From: Spirogloea muscicola
Taxonomy: Eukaryota
Length of the DNA stretch: 22,572 bases
NCBI GenBank assembly: GCA_009602725.1
Contig: WELB01000026.1
Location: 962,185 to 984,756, forward strand
Direction: 5' to 3'
The stretch's first letter is position 1. Each line of letters begins with the position of its first letter. Positions 17,095-22,572 of the stretch are shown here, in pieces. Both the position numbers and the translations under genes were made by a program. The notes under the pieces were generated by a model, which ran no database searches, had not been told where the DNA came from, and worked only from the letters and a program-made list of their open reading frames with translations.

Positions 17095-20061
17095 ATGCCG
17101 CAGCTCAGGCTTGCGGTCTCGTTAGCGACTGCCGCACTACTCATCGCGTCCGTCTTGCTTCTGCCAATCCGGCCTCAGGCAGGGTCCTCCTTGTCCGCCA
17201 TCCTTGCGAGGCATCCTAGCGACCTGCTTGTGGGCGTGTGGAATATCACCCACGCTTCGCCAGATAAGGATGCTCCGCAACAACGCCAGATGACCGTTGA
17301 TGATACGCCGGCAAGGTGCACGCTCACGGCTTCTGTGTACTTCCGAGCAATTGCGTGAATTGGAGCTCCATGGCCCAGAAAGAGCACAAACTCTCTCATA
17401 TTCACAAGAGTCGACAGACGCGTGTGTCCTGATGTCTAGCATCTTCTCGTTCTCAGCAAGTCCATCTTTTGTGGCCACCATGCTATCAGATTATCCCCTT
17501 TTTTGATTTGGAACGACTGACCTGCTAGTCAGACACAGGCCACTTTTGTCCTTGTAGCCCGTAGTACCATATGCAGCATAAGTACCATATGCAGCCTATC
17601 TTGAGGACCCGATTACAGGGTGCGTTCCCGTGTTAAGAACCTGTGGCAGGTGAAGATACTGCGAGTGGCAGACAGAGTTCTTTGACTGTCAATGTTGCAA
17701 TACAATGATGCGGGCAGGTCTTCAGGGGCAGGTCGTCTTAAGCTTTCATGCCTTGCTTGTTTGTCACAGCAAGTTGAGGAGTGTCCTGGAAACTGCTGCG
17801 ACGCCTGACAGCAGGATCGCAATTGTTACCTCGTTCACCGCTGCTTGGAGGCCTATGCTCGAGCTTTTCTTGGAACAGCTTCGCAGCAGCCCTCTGACGC
17901 AGGCTTTGGTTCGTCATCTACTTGTGTTGAGCTTCGATGACAAGGGCTACAGCTGTTGTGTAAAGCTCGGGTTACACTGCTACCTGGACACTCAAGTAAG
18001 GGCCAAGCAGCACAGCAGCCCGCACGTTAGTCATTGATCAGGACCTGCGCCGATTGGTGATGCTGTCCCTTGTGTGAGAAGCATGCCCTGGGCCTCACAA
18101 TTCCGGCCGTATAAGTCTAAGTGGGTGGTGCGTCGCTTGCAGAGGTCAGAACGATATGCAGTGAGGTGCATATTGCTTACATATCAAGTGTTTTCAGCCT
18201 TAGAAAACTATGTCAACAAACAAACGAACTTTCCAATAAATGGTGCTTATGCACCGAGAAGTAGTCAAAGAAGTAAAAGCTTGAAGTCTCACAGGAGAAT
18301 GCCACTAAGAAAGGCAACTACTCTGGTGCCGCCAAGGTCTACATGACTCCCATCTACCTCGACATGGTAAGGCCCTCACCGAGCTCTCATAGAAAATTGT
18401 TAGTTCTTTGTTACCATTGGACCAGCATTGTTACCTGATTGCATCTTAAGTCTCAGGAATCATGAAAGGGTCCTTCTCGTCCATGGCCCTTGCGAGCCTC
18501 CAGCATTAAATTGTGTGCCCTTGAGGAAGAGCTTATGAAGTGCTTAAGCAGCCATGTCGGAAGGTTCTGCTAGGAGCAGCTCAGTCCCTACCTACCCTGA
18601 GCCCCACCTTAGACAATTTCTCAGAGTTAGGCTGCTGACAAGTCTTTTCGTTGAGAAGCTGAGTTACAATGTTGCAAATGATGGTGCTTCATCTCAAATA
18701 TAATATCAACACAGTCACATCTATGGTAACAGTATCTCAGGAAATTTTCATCCTCAGGCTTCAATTCCACTGATCTTACACTGACTGGTCCCTCAGCAGC
18801 GGCCTGCTTATGCATGATCTTGCAGATGTGGAGACGGCTGGAGTTGAACCGGGACATCCTGCAGCTAGGCTACAATGTGCTCTTTACCGACACAGACATA
18901 TTGTGGTTTCAGGTGAAAATTGCGTATTGTCAGACAACAACATAGAGGTGCAAAAGGCTTCTGACACCATCTGCTTGCCCCAATGCGCATATGCCGCTTC
19001 TGCATATGATGCCCAGATTGTTGAAATCAGATGAGCGATGCCTATGTAGCATATCAATAACATACCAGCAAGAGTATGCCTCAGGTATCTGCAAGTATAC
19101 ATATTCTGTATGACATCCTTCTGTACACAGCGAAGGCAAAGCTGCAGTGCGAAGCTGAAAGGCCAATGCCTATTGTGTGTAATGGCGCAGGATCCTCTGC
19201 CAATTCTACAGGCTAGCCAGCTTGACATACAATTCGCATGCGACCGATGGAGGACAGACCCTGCCAAATCTGCTATAAATGCCGGTTTCTATTTTGCAAG
19301 ATCCAACAATAGAACAATAGCATTCTACGACCATTGGCTAAAAGGGCGTCAAAGGCAACCCTTCAGACCTCTTCATCTCGCTGCTAGATCAGTGGGCAGT
19401 GCTTATTGTCCTTGACGAGCCTAAGCTTGTCCTTCACCAAGTGCGTGCAGCAGCAGCTCAAGAGAGTCGCCAGAGAATCATTTGCCAGTGAGATATATAA
19501 AGCACCACACTCGGTTGCATCCACTTAACGTAACGAGTTCACTGGAGCATAGTCTCTCAGAGGTCAAGTATGTGTTTCACAGGTACCACGGCATGAACGA
19601 GCAAGATGTTGCCACGATGTTGCTGCCAGCTCATGACCATTATACTGCCACTCAAATTGGTAAGCAATGCCGAATCTGCAACATGATATCCAGAAGTCAG
19701 ACTCATATTGCAGTACTGCTAGTTGGTAGTATGATGCTTGCAGGACTGAAGAAGGGCACAGGCAAGTTGGACTGACCTGTATATGCCTAGTTTGTTGCGA
19801 CTGACTGTGCACAATGTGCCCTTGGTAGGCTTGACTGTAGGACTGCTGGAAACACAACTTTTTGCCGGCTTCTGCGAGCTGGGACAGGATCTCACACTTA
19901 TTGTGACGGTCCATGCCAACTGCTGTGTTGGCATGGATCGAAAATTGGGCCCACTCAGACGTATGATGGAAGACAAGGCTTGGTGGGACAAGCTCTCATC
20001 TTGCAGTGATGAACTCTACAAGCACCACTTTCGCTGGTTGCCACCAAAATGCGCACCCTAG
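17095..20061 (+). CDS. Nucleotide-diphospho-sugar transferase family protein (type II membrane glycosyltransferase, At4g15970-like)
   Basis: Exons 17095-17315, 17770-17995, 18295-18366, 18826-18912, 19191-19354, 19583-19659, 19841-20061. N-terminal TM segment; motifs YLDMMWRR..ILQLGYNVLFTDTDILWFQDP (DxD), NAGFYFARSNNRTI, EQDV, FAGFC..VHANCCVGM..K. Confidence 0.9.
17563..17598. repeat. 18-bp tandem duplication in an intron
   Basis: AGTACCATATGCAGC(A/C)TA x2. Confidence 0.75.
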
Positions 20062-20633
20062 AAAGACTGCACCATCAGCACTCATCGTGCTTTGAGTCAT
20101 GCAGGAATATTGCTACGAAAGCTCTTCTTTCGAGGCATGCCCAAGCATGGCCACAGTGATGTCGAAACTCCGTTTTCCAGAACCTGAGATGAGGCTTAGT
20201 TCTAAAGTCGTTGAAGCTCTGACTTATGTGATTGATAATATTGCTCCGATGAAGGCCGATCAAGAACAGCTATCTCCTACACCATCAGTAAAAGAGGCCA
20301 AACCAGATTGCAGTATTGTAAGCCAATCTGTTATCACCTACTTGCTGAGTCCCACTTAAGATGCAAGATGCAACAATTGCACATCACCCTATCAAGCTCA
20401 AGCAGACAACAGTGCTTGTTGTTGCATCCAATAACCTTAGAAGGGAGCTCTACATCACAGGAATGCGAGGGCAAGGCACAGTGGAGCTTTGCTATGCACA
20501 GCATCTTGCTAAATGTCACACGTGCCAACGGCCTGCCAAGTGGGCTCAGTCCTCCAAGAACCCACAAGCACGATAAGCAAAGACTAGCCTGCCAAGTCTG
20601 CCTTGCTCACAGCCCACACACTGAATACTAACA

Positions 20634-22514
20634 TCAGTCGGACTTTTCTGAAGACACTGTTGGCTGCCCCACCTTCAGCTTAGCTGGCCGGGCTTCATAA
20701 CCTGCCCCACTTGTTCGCTTTGCCAGCTCCACAGGCATGTATGTGCCCATTAGCCGGTCCCAGAAGACGAAGAAGGGCTGCGAGAAGTTGTACTTGGTGC
20801 CAAGGAGCTGGTGGTGGATGTCATGGTATGCTGTCCCATCACAGAGGGGTCACAACCAACGTCAATCTCAGTCAAAGGCAATACTGAGACTACATTGACT
20901 GTTCTATTTTTTAGGCGTCATGCCCACACACTCGACCTGATTAAGCCAAGAAATGACCCATGTCCTTGATTTTGCATAAGTCCATCGTCTCCATGGATGC
21001 ATGAATCAAGTGGTAGCTTATACAAAAAGCTCTGCATGCATGAAGATTTCTACTGAAGCAGATATCCTGCTGAACATTGCTACAAACCCAATACAGAAAA
21101 TAGTGAACCAAGTGGACCACATGCACCACAATTACAGCCAGTAACAGAAGAGCTTGGCAGCAGTACAAGGGCCTGCCATACCGGTGTTGTTCTGGAAGAG
21201 CAGCTGAAATGGGTTCAATGGCAACCAGAGGCCACAATGGTCGTCAACCGTTTTCATGGTAGCAAATGAGAAGAAGTAGACAGCCAAGCGAGGACTCATT
21301 CCGGATGCCAGGAAAGAGATGGCTCCTCCTACGGTGTCCATTATCAATCCTTCCACTGGATGGTTGTACAGGGCACCATACGCGTATGGGACAATGAGGC
21401 GGTGGTGCCAGCTGTGCAGATGCCTGATCAACACCACAGTACAATCGGCAAAGGGTAATCAAACCCTAGCCCCAGATAATACTGACGTGCCATGGCCCCA
21501 TCCAAAAGCTTCCACGCATGCAAACGCGCATACAATCAAAACGTGCAGGTCAAGAGCTAGTCGAGAAAGTCAGCATCTCTGCACACGATGCCAAAGCTGC
21601 TGCCAGCAGCAAGCTACCGCCCCAGCGCTCACCGATACAACCACTTGTTCTCGTGGAACAGGCGGTGCAGGAAGTACTGCCAGGTGTCCATGACCAGCAT
21701 GGCCACACCAAATTGGCCAGCCTGCTGCCAGAGGTCCGGCTTGCTGTCCGACACCTTCCCAGCCTGGGGGTCCAGCTGGCAGGTGGCAGAGAGCAACCGC
21801 TTCAGCATAAAGACGGGCAAGGTACTGACTGCATCCACAGCGTGCTAGCGCTTTCACAGGCGACAAGGCCAGCTGAGAAGTTATGGTCAGCTACGTTTCC
21901 GGGCAAGGAACCAACCATGAAGAGGAGCATGGCCACGCACGCCTGCAGGAGCTGCTGCAGCAGGACGCCCTTCACCACCTGGCGGGGCGTCACGAGGTTC
22001 TTCGCCTCCTCGGCGCGCATGTGCATGCGGAAGTTGTCCAGCCTCTGCGATCACACGGCGGGTTATGGCAGTGAGTGAGTGTGAACCCTGCGAGGCACCA
22101 AGAACACTGTGGTGCTTCACCAGGCCCGATGCCAAGCCATGCGATGCAAAAGCGAAGCCAGCAGGGCTGGCATCCTCTGAACGCTGGGCAATGGCGAAGT
22201 GTTGACTGCGCATGCCCGGAGCTTGGGCTCGAGGGCTGCTGGCCTTGACAGAGTTGCAACTCTAGGAGCAAGCTCCATGCCTGTGCAGTAACTCTGCAGT
22301 CTGATGGCTGAAAACAGTAAGGCTCTGTCATGAGAGGAGGGGGGAGCCAAGCACAGGCATGGCCGAGCCCAGGATCACGGCAGGGCTCAGGCAGCACCTT
22401 GGGGCTGCTGGCCATGCCGAGCAGCTGGTAGAGGCCGGAGTAGAACCAGTAGGTGGCAATCGGCGCCACCACGCCCATCACCTCATCGCTCGCATAGCCC
22501 TCCCAGAACGCCAT
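20634..22514 (-). CDS. SBH: Sphinganine C4-monooxygenase / sphingoid base hydroxylase
   Basis: Exons 22514-22398, 22044-21916, 21763-21633, 21423-21182, 20830-20634. N-terminus MAFWEGYASDEVMG; His boxes HRLFH, HSWHH, DDHCG and YHDIHH; motifs PYAYGALYNHPVEG and YNFSQPFF..WDR..GTY. Confidence 0.95.
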
Positions 22515-22572
22515 GGCTGCCGCCGGGCGGCGGGCGCGGCGACGGCGGGCGCGCGCCGCGCCGCGCCGCAGC

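Overview
Eukaryotic, GC-rich, intron-containing genomic DNA. The genes are land-plant-like, so a streptophyte green alga or similar is likely (inference only). Five spliced genes were modelled by hand: a GDPD4-like glycerophosphodiester phosphodiesterase (+), two tandem paralogues with an N-terminal USP/STK_N-like domain but no kinase (-), a nucleotide-diphospho-sugar transferase (+) and a sphingoid base C4-hydroxylase (-). There is also an orphan ORF and a tRNA-Ser(TGA). The most striking feature is that the three large intergenic spacers are filled with about 25 short, 5'-truncated 3' ends of a diverse non-LTR retrotransposon group with a restriction-like endonuclease (RLE; CRE-like by motif). 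Many copies retain a shared terminal peptide, S-x-S-D-(L/F/V/M)-x-x-L-T-R-x-(Y/F)-stop. Most carry one of two conserved 3'UTR stem-loops ending in CT-rich tails, and one subfamily has a third UTR type. They are stacked head-to-tail, nested or inverted, and include one 100%-identical 169-bp pair.
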